Of a DNA stretch of 32,000 nt, positions 1-9,378 are shown in pieces. This DNA comes from Dehalococcoidia bacterium (GTDB lineage: Bacteria > Chloroflexota > Dehalococcoidia > Lucifugimonadales > UBA3495), in NCBI GenBank assembly GCA_965204685.1, contig OZ242004.1:1569757-1601756 (forward strand), in the 5' to 3' direction. A program made the translations under genes and the position numbers. The notes beneath the pieces are model-generated. The model did no database searches, was not told where the DNA came from, and saw nothing but the letters and a program-made list of their open reading frames with translations. Numbering within the stretch: position 1 is the stretch's first letter; each line of letters starts with the position of its first letter.

Positions 1-272
1 GACTTCCAATAAGGGGTGTTGACGATGACCGTAGTGGTACAGGAGCTTCGTCGCCGCGGCTCCAACCCCAGGGTCCACGGGCTGGCGCCCTCCGACCCGT
101 GCCCCTCCGACGTTCGCGTCGGCAAGCCGATTCGGGTAGATCTTCAGAGACATCTGAGCAGCTTCCGAAACTTTGGCGCGATGACGCTTACCTCCGCGGC
201 CTGGCGCAACGGCTTACCAGGCACTCGCTACGGTGGTTGAGCCGTTAGCCGTCGCCACGGCCGGGCGTTGCC

Positions 273-482
273 TTACTTGGCGCCCAATTTCGCCCGCACT
301 TCGTCAACTTCGGCGTTGCCCAGGATGCGGAACACGTTGATGCTCCGATCCTCCACGGCTACGCCCCTGATGGCGTGGCGGCCGTTCTTCATCGTGACTA
401 ACTCCATGGAGTCCTCGGCGATGTCGACCTTCCGCTTGAGCTTGACCGAGTAGGCTTGTAGGGGCCATTCCATGATTTTCAC
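273..482 (-). CDS. hypothetical small protein (69 aa)
   Basis: Track ORF MKIMEWPLQAYSVKLKRK...; I cannot name any motif. Lies just outside the left end of the IS4-like element. Confidence 0.3.
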   Translation of the reverse strand: MKIMEWPLQAYSVKLKRKVDIAEDSMELVTMKNGRHAIRGVAVEDRSINVFRILGNAEVDEVRAKLGAK

Positions 483-625
483 TCCTTTGATGAGGTGGAT
501 TTCGCGCCGGCCGGAGCCGAGATTTCCCCGGCGGCATCGCGGTCTGCTTTGCTGGCGGGAACGGGTCGCCCCCGGAGCGGCAGATCGTTTTACGCCAACC
601 TTTGCTGACTCGTCAACATGGCCGC

Positions 626-1814
626 GCCCTCACGCGTACCCGGTTTGGTGGCGTTTGATGGTGAAGAGGTTGTGAGGTGGGTCGGGTGTAGCGAGGTAGA
701 ATTCGTAACCCAGGTGCAGGATGCCCAACTTCCCACGGGAGCACACCTGGCGTCGGAAGGTTGGAGATGCCCGCATCCCCATCAATATCAGCAGGCAGCA
801 GGCCAAAAGCAGGGCCACCAGCAACCGTTGCAGCCGGTCGGTGGTGGTTACGGTGCTCCGGTTCAGCGCGAAGCGTTGCTTACCATCCTTGAAGTACTGC
901 TCCGGCTGCATCCGCTTCCGATACATGCGCACCGCCTGGCGAGGGTCAGCCAAGGATGTGGCCAGATACCAGGGCTCCCGATGTCCTCGAGCCCAGTAGA
1001 GCACCAGATTGATCACCACCGCGCCGTCGGATCGGTAAAGGGTGCGAGGCCAGAACAGGATACGGCCTTTACGCAGCCGATAGTCTCGTAACCGACCCCG
1101 ATAGTCGGCGCCCTGGACCACCACATCGCCCCTGAGGCGAACCACGTAGTCCACGGGGTAGCCGGTGTGGCGGGGCATCCGTTGCAGAAAGTGGATGAGG
1201 CTGGCCCGTCCGAAACCGCGGTCAGCCAACAGCAGCGGGCGGATGGTGGAGGGCAAATGGCGTAACAACCGCCCGATGAAGAACTCCTCCACTCGGTTCT
1301 GGGAAGGATCCAACTCTGCCGGCGTGGACACCCAGCTGAGCAGGGGCAACCCCCGACCCCGAAAACAGACCGCAGCGAACAAACCGTTTCGCCCCTGACC
1401 CAGATCGGACCAGTCGATCATCATCGGAACCCGCCCCTGCAATCCGGCCGCCTGACAGATTGGTTCCAACAGCGCCGTCTGCACCGCCATGGTGTCAAAG
1501 CCGGTGTTGGACAGAAAGCGAAACGGTCGCTTCTTACGCTGATGATGCGAATAGGGTAATTGGGTCCGCCAGGCCCGCACCAACACCGATATAGCCAGGG
1601 CACGACGCTCCAGAATAGCCACCGTGAGCAGGGCCAGATTGGTCCGACGGGTGGCGCGAAATTGCGGCAATGCGTCGTTCAGAAAGGTGGCGATGCGGTG
1701 ATACCATGACATGGGCGGCCTCCCCAGGGCAGGAATGTGGCGGGTAACCCATTCCCTACCTGGAGAGACCGACCTTTTTCAACCCCTCAACTCAAACTGG
1801 GTACGCGTGAGGGC
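626..1814 (-). mobile_element. IS4-superfamily insertion sequence (about 1.19 kb), apparently intact
   Basis: Terminal inverted repeats read directly: GCCCTCACGCGTACCCGGTTTG at 626-647 and CAAACTGGGTACGCGTGAGGGC at 1793-1814 (21/22 complementary). A single transposase ORF fills the interior, with its stop codon inside the left repeat. Confidence 0.85.
630..1712 (-). CDS. DDE transposase, IS4/IS701-like
   Basis: 360 aa. Contains LLADRGF and the C-terminal YRKRMQPEQYFKDGK, which fits the Y-x2-R-x3-E-x6-K signature of IS4-type DDE transposases. Confidence 0.9.
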   Translation of the reverse strand: MSWYHRIATFLNDALPQFRATRRTNLALLTVAILERRALAISVLVRAWRTQLPYSHHQRKKRPFRFLSNTGFDTMAVQTALLEPICQAAGLQGRVPMMIDWSDLGQGRNGLFAAVCFRGRGLPLLSWVSTPAELDPSQNRVEEFFIGRLLRHLPSTIRPLLLADRGFGRASLIHFLQRMPRHTGYPVDYVVRLRGDVVVQGADYRGRLRDYRLRKGRILFWPRTLYRSDGAVVINLVLYWARGHREPWYLATSLADPRQAVRMYRKRMQPEQYFKDGKQRFALNRSTVTTTDRLQRLLVALLLACCLLILMGMRASPTFRRQVCSRGKLGILHLGYEFYLATPDPPHNLFTIKRHQTGYA

Positions 1815-2025
1815 CCCGCCCCGCCACGTTCTGGCCTGGTTTATCTCGGTTGTAAAGATACCACTGCCGACCGGTCAGGGGATGTGACTGCACGTTGCCT
1901 ATCGGAAATGTGGTTCTTGCCGTACGATTGCGATGCGCCGGCCCTCTGCGGTCGCCGGCCGATTCAACCTTTAGCCCCAATCCACCGAAAGGGCGAGTTT
2001 GTCGACGTAGTCAGGGGATCAGAAA

Positions 2026-3474
2026 GTGCTCCCGGCTTCGGGGATAATGGTTTTTGACAAAGAAAACCACCCTGCAACGAGGAGCACCCAACGGATGCTA
2101 CCACCTGAGTGCCTGGACCGCATCCATATTGCCTTCGACGATCACCGCCTGGTAGCCAATGCCGGACTGATTTTGCCCATCACCCTGGCCCATCATCTGG
2201 GATTGGGTGAGCTGGCGGAGGGTCATGTTAACCTGGGGGATGCGCCGGGTCGGGCCAATGTTGGCGACAAGTTGCTGACGCTGGTGGCGTCGGCGTTGGC
2301 CGGTGGCGACTGCATTGATGATGATGCCGATACGTTGCGCGCTGGCGGGACGGGGCAGGTGCTGGGCTGTACTATGAAGGCGCCGTCCACGCTGGGCACG
2401 TTCCTGCGGAGTTTCCAGTGGGGCCATGCGCGCCAATTGGATCGGGTGAGCCGTGAGTTGCTGACCCGAGCCTGGGGTGCTGGTGCAGGTGTCCCGCGTC
2501 AACCAGATTTGCCGAATTGTCGTCGATTAGTTTTGCCGGTTCACCCCCTCTGACTGGCCCCGCTGTTAGGCTACATCAGTACGGTAGCTGGGGACGTCGA
2601 ATTCCAGGATGACGGCGTGGTGCACCACCCGGTCAATCGCCGCGGCGGTGGCCATGGGGTTGGCGAAGATGCGCTCCCACTCGGAGAAGACCAGATTGGA
2701 CGTGATGCCCAGCGACCTCCGCTGGGGGCGCGACGCACTTCCTGAGTGAAACCATCAGCCGAGTGCGCTACGCCAAAGCCAAAGGTCAACTCATCCGCAT
2801 CAGGTTGACGGGCCGACAGCGGGTTCTACTCCCACCCCATTGTGGCCATCTGCCCCGATAAGGGTGTCCGCTTTCCCACCACCATTCGCCAGCACCCAAG
2901 CGTGGACCATCTCATCGAGGCCAATACCCCAGGCGGAGTGGACGCCCGTACCATAATGGATGGGCAGCGCCGCCGACGTGGCCAAAACTGAATACACACC
3001 ATTGGGCAGTGAACCCGACGCCGTGCCCGTGCGTCTCATCGTGCGAAGGGTGAAACCCACTCCCGGCTCGCAACTGATCCTTTTCTCAACTACAGCTACC
3101 ACGCCTTCATCACCGACCGGGAAGGCAGCACCCTGGATGTGGAGGCCGATCGTCGCCGCCACGCCGAGATCGCCATTCGCGGTCTGAAGTACAGCGTGGG
3201 GCTCAACCATCTACCGTCGGGCCGTTTCCACGCCAGCGCCGCTTGGCTGACCGTCCAAGTGATGGCTCACAACCTGGCACGCCGGACGACGCGCATCGGC
3301 CTGGGCGAGCCGGTGGTCACCACCAAGACCCTCAGACGGCGCTTCTTCTCCTTGGCCGGACGCATCACCAGCAAGGCCCGCCGGCTCACCCTACATCTGC
3401 CCCAAGGCTGGCCCTGGCAAAACCAGCTCATCTCCGCACTGGCGAGACTGCGTGGCCTCCCACTCCCTTCTTGA
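2026..3474 (+). pseudogene. IS1380-family transposase, disrupted
   Basis: The N-terminal ORF (DRIHIAFDDHRLVANAGLILPITLA...GGDCIDDDADTLRAGG) stops looking IS1380-like near 2490. Homology resumes near 2806 (RADSGFYSHPIVAIC...) and needs at least two frame changes to reach the C-terminus (HAEIAIRGLKYSVGLNHLPSGRF...RLTLHLPQGWPW, ends 3474). Confidence 0.8.
2489..2730 (-). mobile_element. IS21-family remnant nested in IS1380 copy A (terminal end plus 3' end of an istB-like gene)
   Basis: The minus-strand frame reads ...RRSLGITSNLVFSEWERIFANPMATAAAIDRVVHHAVILEFDVPSYRTDVA*, with its stop at 2566-2568. This is the typical IstB C-terminus. The sequence from 2489 starts TGTC like the intact IS21 end in this window. 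Confidence 0.6.
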
Positions 3475-3910
3475 CTGCGCCCTCGGCCTTTGACCTGCCC
3501 ACCATGACGCCACACTCTTGGCCCAGGCGCGCCCAGGTTGGACTCCTGACGGTCTCCGCCTGCAATATGCGCTGAAAATCGCCCAGCCCCGCTACTACAG
3601 GCCGTCAACATCCCTCTGGCGTGGGTCGTCACGCTCCGCATCGTCCATTTCATCGGCATCGGGTCTCCGCCAGCCCGATCCCCGGTCCCTCATCCCTTGT
3701 CTGACGGCCGCCGCGATATTCCTTCGGTGGATTTGGGTTTAGGGGCTGGTCGACATCGTCACGGGCGGATCTCCCGAGGGCGATTTCAGGGCACGAAAGA
3801 TGCACGACAACTTTGAACTAACGGAACACAAGAGATGGACTGCAAGACATGATCTCCGTTTGTCTTCCGGGCATGTTGAGAATACCGATATCAGAGAAAC
3901 CCGCGGTTGC

Positions 3911-3940
3911 TTGACCAATTATCGGTAAACGGTGTAAGTT
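3911..3940 (+). promoter_or_regulatory. possible sigma70-like promoter for the ABC importer operon
   Basis: TTGACC (3911-3916), an 18-nt spacer, then TAAGTT (3935-3940), about 65 nt upstream of the SBP start. Pattern match only. Confidence 0.3.
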
Positions 3941-3965
3941 GATGCGGCATTAATCGTAATCACTG

Positions 3966-3982
3966 AAATGCATAATGCATTT
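3966..3982. promoter_or_regulatory. perfect 17-bp palindrome AAATGCATAATGCATTT, candidate operator
   Basis: Read directly. Lies between the putative -10 box and the GGAGG ribosome-binding site (3994-3998) of the SBP gene. Confidence 0.35.
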
Positions 3983-4004
3983 TTCCGTCAGTTGGAGGCG
4001 TCGA

Positions 4005-5690
4005 ATGTCGTTGAAAGCGGTTCTGGCCGGTTCCGCGTCCCTGCTGTTGGCTTTGGTAGTGGCTTGTGGTGGCGCCGCCCCTGCAGGGCCAGTAACGCCC
4101 GCAGAGCCGGTTGTGATTGAGAAAGAGGTCATCAAAGAGGTCCCGCGTGACGTCGTAGTCGAGAAGGAAGTAGAAGTAATCAGGGAAGTGACCAAGGAAG
4201 TGCCAGTAGTCAGAGAGGTGGTGCGGGAAGCTCCGAGCGAACCGGACCGTCGCCCGGGGAAAATCAGTTGGACCTCCGGTCAGTCCCTGGCCTCTCCTGA
4301 TTCTCACGTTTGGGCTGTAGGCGGTGATTTCCAGATATTCAGGAACACGTTTGAAGGGATTACCCAGGACACGGGTTACGGTACCTCCGGACCTGCCCTT
4401 GCGGAAGACTGGTCACTCGACCCGGACGACGTAACCTGGACGTTCAACCTGCGGAGAGACGTTAACTTCCACAATGGCGATCCGGTTACCGCCGAGGACG
4501 TCCGGTTCTCGATCTTGAGACTCAGGGACAGCCCCACCGGCAACTTGAAATTCCAGGCGAGGCATGTCGAGGACGTTATTGTCGTAGACCCCGACACGAT
4601 ACGTCTTGTGACCACAGCGCCTAGTCCCACTAACCTGCTCTTCATCGACGCCGGGCGAGTATATAGCGCCAAGCAAGCTGAGCAGGACGGGGAAAGGTTC
4701 TTCGAGAGTTTCATCGGCACCGGCCCCTGGAAGTTCGACGAATGGGTCCCGGGCACCAAGTTCAGTTGGACGCGAAATGATGATTGGTGGGGAGAGTTCG
4801 CCGATGGTGCGGCCACCACTCTCGAGCATCGACCGATCCCGGAACCCGCCACTGCGGTGGCTGCCGTGCTCTCGGGCGGTGTGGACATCGTGATCCGGCT
4901 GGCCAACGAACCCGCCGAAAAATTTGACGAGGCCGCCGGGTACCACTCGGTGTCCCGACCTTCAAATGCCAACACCGCCTTTTGTGTAAAGGCGGATACC
5001 CCTCCATTCAATGATGCGAAGCTGAGGCTCGCAATGGACTACGCAATCGATAGGAAAAGCATCGTCGAGGACATCACCGGGTTCGGCACGGCGCTGGCGG
5101 TTCGATCCTCGCCAGACTCCCCCTGGACTCCGCCGGAACTGGAACCCCGGTTCTTCGACGCCGAAAAGGTGCAGCAACTGGTCTCCGAGTCCAATTATGA
5201 CGACATGGAATTCAGGTTCATTACTCGCACTCGTCGTACCCCGAAGGACGTGGAGATCGCCGAGTTTATGACTGCAACCTGGAAGCAGCTTGGCCTGAAC
5301 GCGACCCTCGAGGTACTGGGCGACGCGGCGTTTTCGCAACGGCGTAAGGGAGGCGATTACGAGATCTTCCTCACGTCGTGGGGACTTTCTAATCCTCCAC
5401 ACAATTTCAACGCTCACATGATCGGCCATCAGATCGGGTACCACGCCACGCATCCCGACTTCCAGGAGTTGACTGAGGCGATGGCCACGGAGATGGACCC
5501 GGTGAAGTTCGATGCGATGGTGCAGGATATCCAGCGTTACCTTTACAACGACCCGGCCTGCTATCACATCTTCACGTACCCCAACCTCTATGGGGTCTCA
5601 GACCGTATACAGGAGTTGGTCAACATCCCCGGGGAGATATACATCCAGTACGACCAGACCGTGTTGGCGCCGCACGCCCGAGGCCAATAG
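4005..5690 (+). CDS. ABC transporter substrate-binding lipoprotein, family 5 (peptide/nickel, DppA/OppA-type)
   Basis: I prefer the start at 4005 (GGAGG 6 nt upstream) over the track start at 3975. Signal peptide with lipobox LVVAC-GG. Length and order (SBP followed by DppB/DppC-like permeases) fit the family. Confidence 0.9.
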   Translation: MSLKAVLAGSASLLLALVVACGGAAPAGPVTPAEPVVIEKEVIKEVPRDVVVEKEVEVIREVTKEVPVVREVVREAPSEPDRRPGKISWTSGQSLASPDSHVWAVGGDFQIFRNTFEGITQDTGYGTSGPALAEDWSLDPDDVTWTFNLRRDVNFHNGDPVTAEDVRFSILRLRDSPTGNLKFQARHVEDVIVVDPDTIRLVTTAPSPTNLLFIDAGRVYSAKQAEQDGERFFESFIGTGPWKFDEWVPGTKFSWTRNDDWWGEFADGAATTLEHRPIPEPATAVAAVLSGGVDIVIRLANEPAEKFDEAAGYHSVSRPSNANTAFCVKADTPPFNDAKLRLAMDYAIDRKSIVEDITGFGTALAVRSSPDSPWTPPELEPRFFDAEKVQQLVSESNYDDMEFRFITRTRRTPKDVEIAEFMTATWKQLGLNATLEVLGDAAFSQRRKGGDYEIFLTSWGLSNPPHNFNAHMIGHQIGYHATHPDFQELTEAMATEMDPVKFDAMVQDIQRYLYNDPACYHIFTYPNLYGVSDRIQELVNIPGEIYIQYDQTVLAPHARGQ

Positions 5691-5809
5691 GGCACGATGG
5701 GCGTCGGAGAAACAACGCGATCTGCCGGTATCGGGTTCGCCAATCGTAAGCGTCAAAGACCGGATGATGCCGTCGTGTCCGCTTCCGGGTTCGGATAGGG
5801 GAAAAGCTT

Positions 5810-6745
5810 ATGTTGCGCTATGCGCGGAGGAGAGCTCTTACCAGCGTGATATCGATCCTGGGCGTTTCGGTCATCGCTTTTCTCCTCCCGCGTTTGGCCC
5901 CCGGAGACCCCGCGTTAATTCTCATGTCGGACGACGCTACTGACGAGATCATTGAGCAAACGCGGGAATTCTGGGGGCTGAATAAGCCCCTGTACGAACA
6001 GTATTACGTGTTCATCGTGCGCGCCGTTCAGCTCGATTTGGGCACGTCGTTGGTCACGGGAAGGTCAACTATCGAAACCGTGAAGGACTTCTTCCCCAAT
6101 ACCATCAAGCTGGCTCTGGTGGCTTGGGTCTGGTCCGTCATCGTGTCTATCCCGCTGGGTATCCTGGCCGCCCTGAACAGAAACAAAATCCTCGACATAA
6201 TCATCAGACTGTTCGCAATGTTGGGCCGGGGAATGCCTAACTTCTGGCTGGGGATAATGCTGATTCTCCTGTTCGCCGTAGTCTGGAACATCCTGCCGGC
6301 CTTCGGCATAGGAGAGGGTTTCTTCGATCAGGCCAAGCATCTGATATTGCCGGGATTCGTGCTGGGATCGTCTTTCATGGCGCTCCTTGTGCGCATGGTC
6401 CGTTCGGAAATGTTGGAGGTTCTCAACGAAGACTACGTCAGGACGGCCCGGGCCAAGGGGCTTGCCAACCGGGTCGTCATTTACAGGCACGCCTTGAGGA
6501 ATGCTTTGATCCCGGTCGTCACCATATTGGGGTTGGAAATCGGCGGCCTGATCGGCGGCTCCATCATCACCGAGACCGTGTTCGCCTACCCTGGCCTCGG
6601 CCGGCTCACTGTACAGAGCATCCAGGGGCTCGATTACCCTATGGTCCAGACCTTGGTGCTTATTTTTGCGCTGATCTACATATCGGCAAGCTTCATTGTT
6701 GACATCATTTACGGCTACCTCGACCCGCGCATCCGCTATCAGTAG
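5810..6745 (+). CDS. ABC transporter permease, DppB/OppB-like
   Basis: 311 aa, multi-TM. N-terminal LxRLAPGDP motif typical of DppB/OppB-type permeases. Confidence 0.9.
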   Translation: MLRYARRRALTSVISILGVSVIAFLLPRLAPGDPALILMSDDATDEIIEQTREFWGLNKPLYEQYYVFIVRAVQLDLGTSLVTGRSTIETVKDFFPNTIKLALVAWVWSVIVSIPLGILAALNRNKILDIIIRLFAMLGRGMPNFWLGIMLILLFAVVWNILPAFGIGEGFFDQAKHLILPGFVLGSSFMALLVRMVRSEMLEVLNEDYVRTARAKGLANRVVIYRHALRNALIPVVTILGLEIGGLIGGSIITETVFAYPGLGRLTVQSIQGLDYPMVQTLVLIFALIYISASFIVDIIYGYLDPRIRYQ

Positions 6746-6795
6746 ATCGTTTTGGGGTCGTTGCGTTATCTCAGGGTGCGACCGGTAACGACGCT

Positions 6796-7692
6796 ATGAT
6801 CCAATCGGCGCCTCCTCTTTCTTCCGAAAGGACGGGCAGATCCGTGCCCAGGAACCTGAAGCGGTTCCTGGGCGAACGAAGCCTGCTCCTCGGAGCCGCC
6901 GTGCTGATCGTGGTGGGTCTCATGGCTGTGGCCGCCCCCGTGGTTTCCCCCCACGACCCGAACGCTATGAAGCCGGCGGACAGACTTTCGGAACCGGGAT
7001 TCGCGTCCGGCGGCGACCCGGCCTACCTTTTCGGCACCGATTTTCTGGGACGAGACGTGCTTAGCCGCATCATTTTCGGCGCTCGCGTGTCCCTAGTGGT
7101 GGGAGTGTTCGCAGTCTTGGGCGCTGGATCCATCGGCGTCGTCGTGGGAGCCATCGCGGGATACTACGGCAAGTGGGTCGACGAGGTCTTGATGCGGCTG
7201 GTGGACATGGGGCTTGCCGTGCCCGGACTTCTGCTGGCGTTGGTGGTCGTGATGCTGCTGGGCGCCGGGATGTGGAACGTGGTGCTGGTACTTAGCGCAA
7301 CCGGCTGGTTGGGGTTCGCGCGCGTAACCCGGGGTGTAACGCTGAGCGTCAAAGAGCGCGATTTCATCCTGGCCGCCCGTAGTTACGGGGCGGCGGACTC
7401 CCGCATTATCACCCGGCACTTGATACCAAACCTGATAGCTCCGATTATTGTCCTTGGCAGTCAGCAATTGGGAGTTTTCATCTATGCTGAGTCATCCCTG
7501 TCCTTTCTGGGTCTCGGGGTTCCGCTGGACACCCCAACTTGGGGCAGCATGATTGCCCAGGGCAGGTCGTATCTCGACACGTCCTGGTGGGTGAGCACCC
7601 TTCCCGGAATCGTACTGACCATCACGGTGCTCGGCGCTTTCTACTTCGGTGATGGATTGCGGGACGCGTTAGATCCGCGGCTAAGAAGATAG
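6796..7692 (+). CDS. ABC transporter permease, DppC/OppC-like
   Basis: 298 aa, multi-TM. FGTDFLGRDVLSRIIFGARVSL motif typical of DppC/OppC N-terminal regions. Confidence 0.9.
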   Translation: MIQSAPPLSSERTGRSVPRNLKRFLGERSLLLGAAVLIVVGLMAVAAPVVSPHDPNAMKPADRLSEPGFASGGDPAYLFGTDFLGRDVLSRIIFGARVSLVVGVFAVLGAGSIGVVVGAIAGYYGKWVDEVLMRLVDMGLAVPGLLLALVVVMLLGAGMWNVVLVLSATGWLGFARVTRGVTLSVKERDFILAARSYGAADSRIITRHLIPNLIAPIIVLGSQQLGVFIYAESSLSFLGLGVPLDTPTWGSMIAQGRSYLDTSWWVSTLPGIVLTITVLGAFYFGDGLRDALDPRLRR

Positions 7693-7740
7693 ATACACAC
7701 ATTGCGCGCTTGAGCCCAGCCGTACAACCAGCCCATCACA

Positions 7741-7778
7741 GGTCGATTCCGATAGGGGGCAGAATGGTACGCTAAGGG
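7741..7778 (+). repeat. solo Tn3-family-type 38-bp terminal repeat (copy X1)
   Basis: GGTCGATTCCGATAGGGGGCAGAATGGTACGCTAAGGG matches 33/38 with 12181-12218, which abuts the tnpA 3' end. It ends in the ACGCTAAG motif common to Tn3-family IRs. Similarity stops exactly at the inner boundary. Confidence 0.6.
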
Positions 7779-7792
7779 GAAAGGCGCCAGTT

Positions 7793-8707
7793 GAGTGTGT
7801 ACTAACCATTGGTGCCGGTTAGAGTCAGAGGGTGAAATGAGCAATAGAGCGGTGGATGCGTCCATTAGCGTCTGGTTCCAATCCATTCCATTGCGCCAGG
7901 ATGTTGAAAGCCGCGACGGTGTAGGCCAGATGGGCGCGGAAACCCTCCCACACTCGATGGCGCATCTCTTTGGTGTTCCAGACCACGGACATCATGGAGA
8001 AGGTGGTTTCCACCGCCATGCGCACGTTCCACTGGCCGCGCTTGCAGACCTTGACGTTGGCCGGGTCGCCTTGAGCCCGGTGAAAGCCGGTGTCGGTGAG
8101 GATAATCATTTGACCGTCGTAGCCAGCGAGCAGGAGCCGAAAAGTCTGGTCGTGGACATTGGCGCCAGCGCAGTCCCAATCGGTGATCAAGCCCCACTGG
8201 TTCTGTACGATGCAGAGCTTGCCACCGCTGATCCAACGGTGGTTGGACTTGCCTTTCCGGCCGATCTGGTCCGTCCGTCGCCCATCCCGCACGGGATGGC
8301 GCAGTTCCACCCCATAGCTGTCGGCCACGCCCAGGACGGTGGGTTGGGCCAGGAAGTAGCCGGTCCAGTCCTGTTGGGCTTGTAAGCGGCGGAAGAGCCG
8401 GGTGCGATGGGGCAGTTTGGGAAAGAGGTGGCCATAGTTGTCTTTGAGCCAACGGTAGAAAGGCCGCTGCTTGACGTTCTTCATAGCCCAGAGGACACCG
8501 ATGGTGACCAGTTCGCTGAGCGCGAGGACCGCCTGGGAGTGCTGGGGCGCCCGCGGCAAGGCATCGTCTATTTTGCAGTACAGTTCGGTGATAAAATCGG
8601 CGATGTTCACGAGGTTCCTCCGCTGTGGAGTGTCGTCAACTCACAGCATAGTGGAACCTCGTGGCATTTTCACAATAATCTCAAACCAGCACCAATGGTT
8701 CCTATAC
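7793..8707 (-). mobile_element. IS982-family insertion sequence (boundaries within about 10 bp)
   Basis: Inverted repeats AACCATTGGTGCCGGTT (7804-7820) and AACCAGCACCAATGGTT (8684-8700), 16/17 complementary. Possible 5-bp duplication CAGTT (7788-7792 and 8707-8711). Confidence 0.8.
7825..8610 (-). CDS. IS982-family DDE transposase
   Basis: 261 aa. N-terminal ITELYCKIDD..., SELVTIGVL and an overall layout I recognise as IS982-type. Confidence 0.85.
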   Translation of the reverse strand: MNIADFITELYCKIDDALPRAPQHSQAVLALSELVTIGVLWAMKNVKQRPFYRWLKDNYGHLFPKLPHRTRLFRRLQAQQDWTGYFLAQPTVLGVADSYGVELRHPVRDGRRTDQIGRKGKSNHRWISGGKLCIVQNQWGLITDWDCAGANVHDQTFRLLLAGYDGQMIILTDTGFHRAQGDPANVKVCKRGQWNVRMAVETTFSMMSVVWNTKEMRHRVWEGFRAHLAYTVAAFNILAQWNGLEPDANGRIHRSIAHFTL

Positions 8708-8739
8708 AGTTCGATTTCGGAAATGGAATCTGCGACACG

Positions 8740-8767
8740 CTGACAGCCCGCCGTTGACCGCCGGGGC
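8740..8767 (+). repeat. 28-bp direct repeat, copy Y1
   Basis: CTGACAGCCCGCCGTTGACCGCCGGGGC matches 12088-12115 at 26/28 in the same orientation. Confidence 0.7.
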
Positions 8768-8784
8768 GGGCACTTCTTGCTGCC

Positions 8785-9372
8785 CTATGGTTTCGTTTGC
8801 TGTAGCAACCAAGAAAGGACCCACTCGGCTACAACCACGCCGAATATCACACCGCCGAGCGCGATGAGTTCGGCTTTCCATCCTGCCTGAATAACGAGGA
8901 ATACCAGGATCACCTCCATGGCGACTAGTGCGAAGAGGACAATCCTCCTGTCTGCTTGATTCGCAATGGTGACACCCAAGCCGAGCGCCGCCGCCATCAG
9001 AGCGGCTCCGGCTGTTTGTACTATTGTGCCCCATGGAATCGAGGCCTCGGCCAAGGGTTCCCATCCTGATAGTAGGATCAGAAAGAACCCAAGGACGTAC
9101 GGTACTCCCAAGATGGCGGTCGCACGGTTTTTAGAGTTCGACGGCATTGCCTTCCTCGGCGGCACCAGCAGGTTTGTGGACCAATGGATGGTCCAGATCA
9201 GTGCCACCATCAAGAAGAAGACCACCGTGATCGTCCATAATGCCTTTTCATCCTCGCCTAGTAATGCCAATGTCACCACGATGATGCCGATGGCTATCGC
9301 GGCTCCGATAAGCAGTTTGGCGATGGCTATCAACGTCTCGCGCATGGATATTGTCTGCACTGACCTGCCCAA
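8785..9372 (-). CDS. hypothetical integral membrane protein (about 6 TM)
   Basis: 195 aa with repeated hydrophobic stretches. Starts 6 bp after the stop of the upstream small gene, so probably co-transcribed. Confidence 0.55.
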   Translation of the reverse strand: MGRSVQTISMRETLIAIAKLLIGAAIAIGIIVVTLALLGEDEKALWTITVVFFLMVALIWTIHWSTNLLVPPRKAMPSNSKNRATAILGVPYVLGFFLILLSGWEPLAEASIPWGTIVQTAGAALMAAALGLGVTIANQADRRIVLFALVAMEVILVFLVIQAGWKAELIALGGVIFGVVVAEWVLSWLLQQTKP

Positions 9373-9378
9373 GCGTTA

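Larger units (their letters stand above)
1968..3749 (+). mobile_element. IS1380-family element, copy A, decayed (boundaries approximate)
   Basis: Ends share CCCAA(A)TCCACCGAA(A)GG in inverted orientation (about 1975-1993 and 3721-3749). The same end sequences recur at copy B (18710-18738 and 20211-20236). Confidence 0.75.

Noticed and set aside
1-240. ORF 16-240(+) and a minus-strand partial ORF starting at ATG 162 (MSLKIYPNRLADANVGG...)
   Set aside because: No recognisable motif in either, and they overlap each other. The fragment is too short and close to the window edge to choose between them.
8740-8767. Whether the 28-bp Y repeats are integron attC-like sites or a rho-independent terminator
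   Set aside because: GTTGACC does not fit the GTTRRRY core. No integrase is present. The GC-rich stem (GCCCGCC...GGCGGGC) is not followed by a T-run on either strand.
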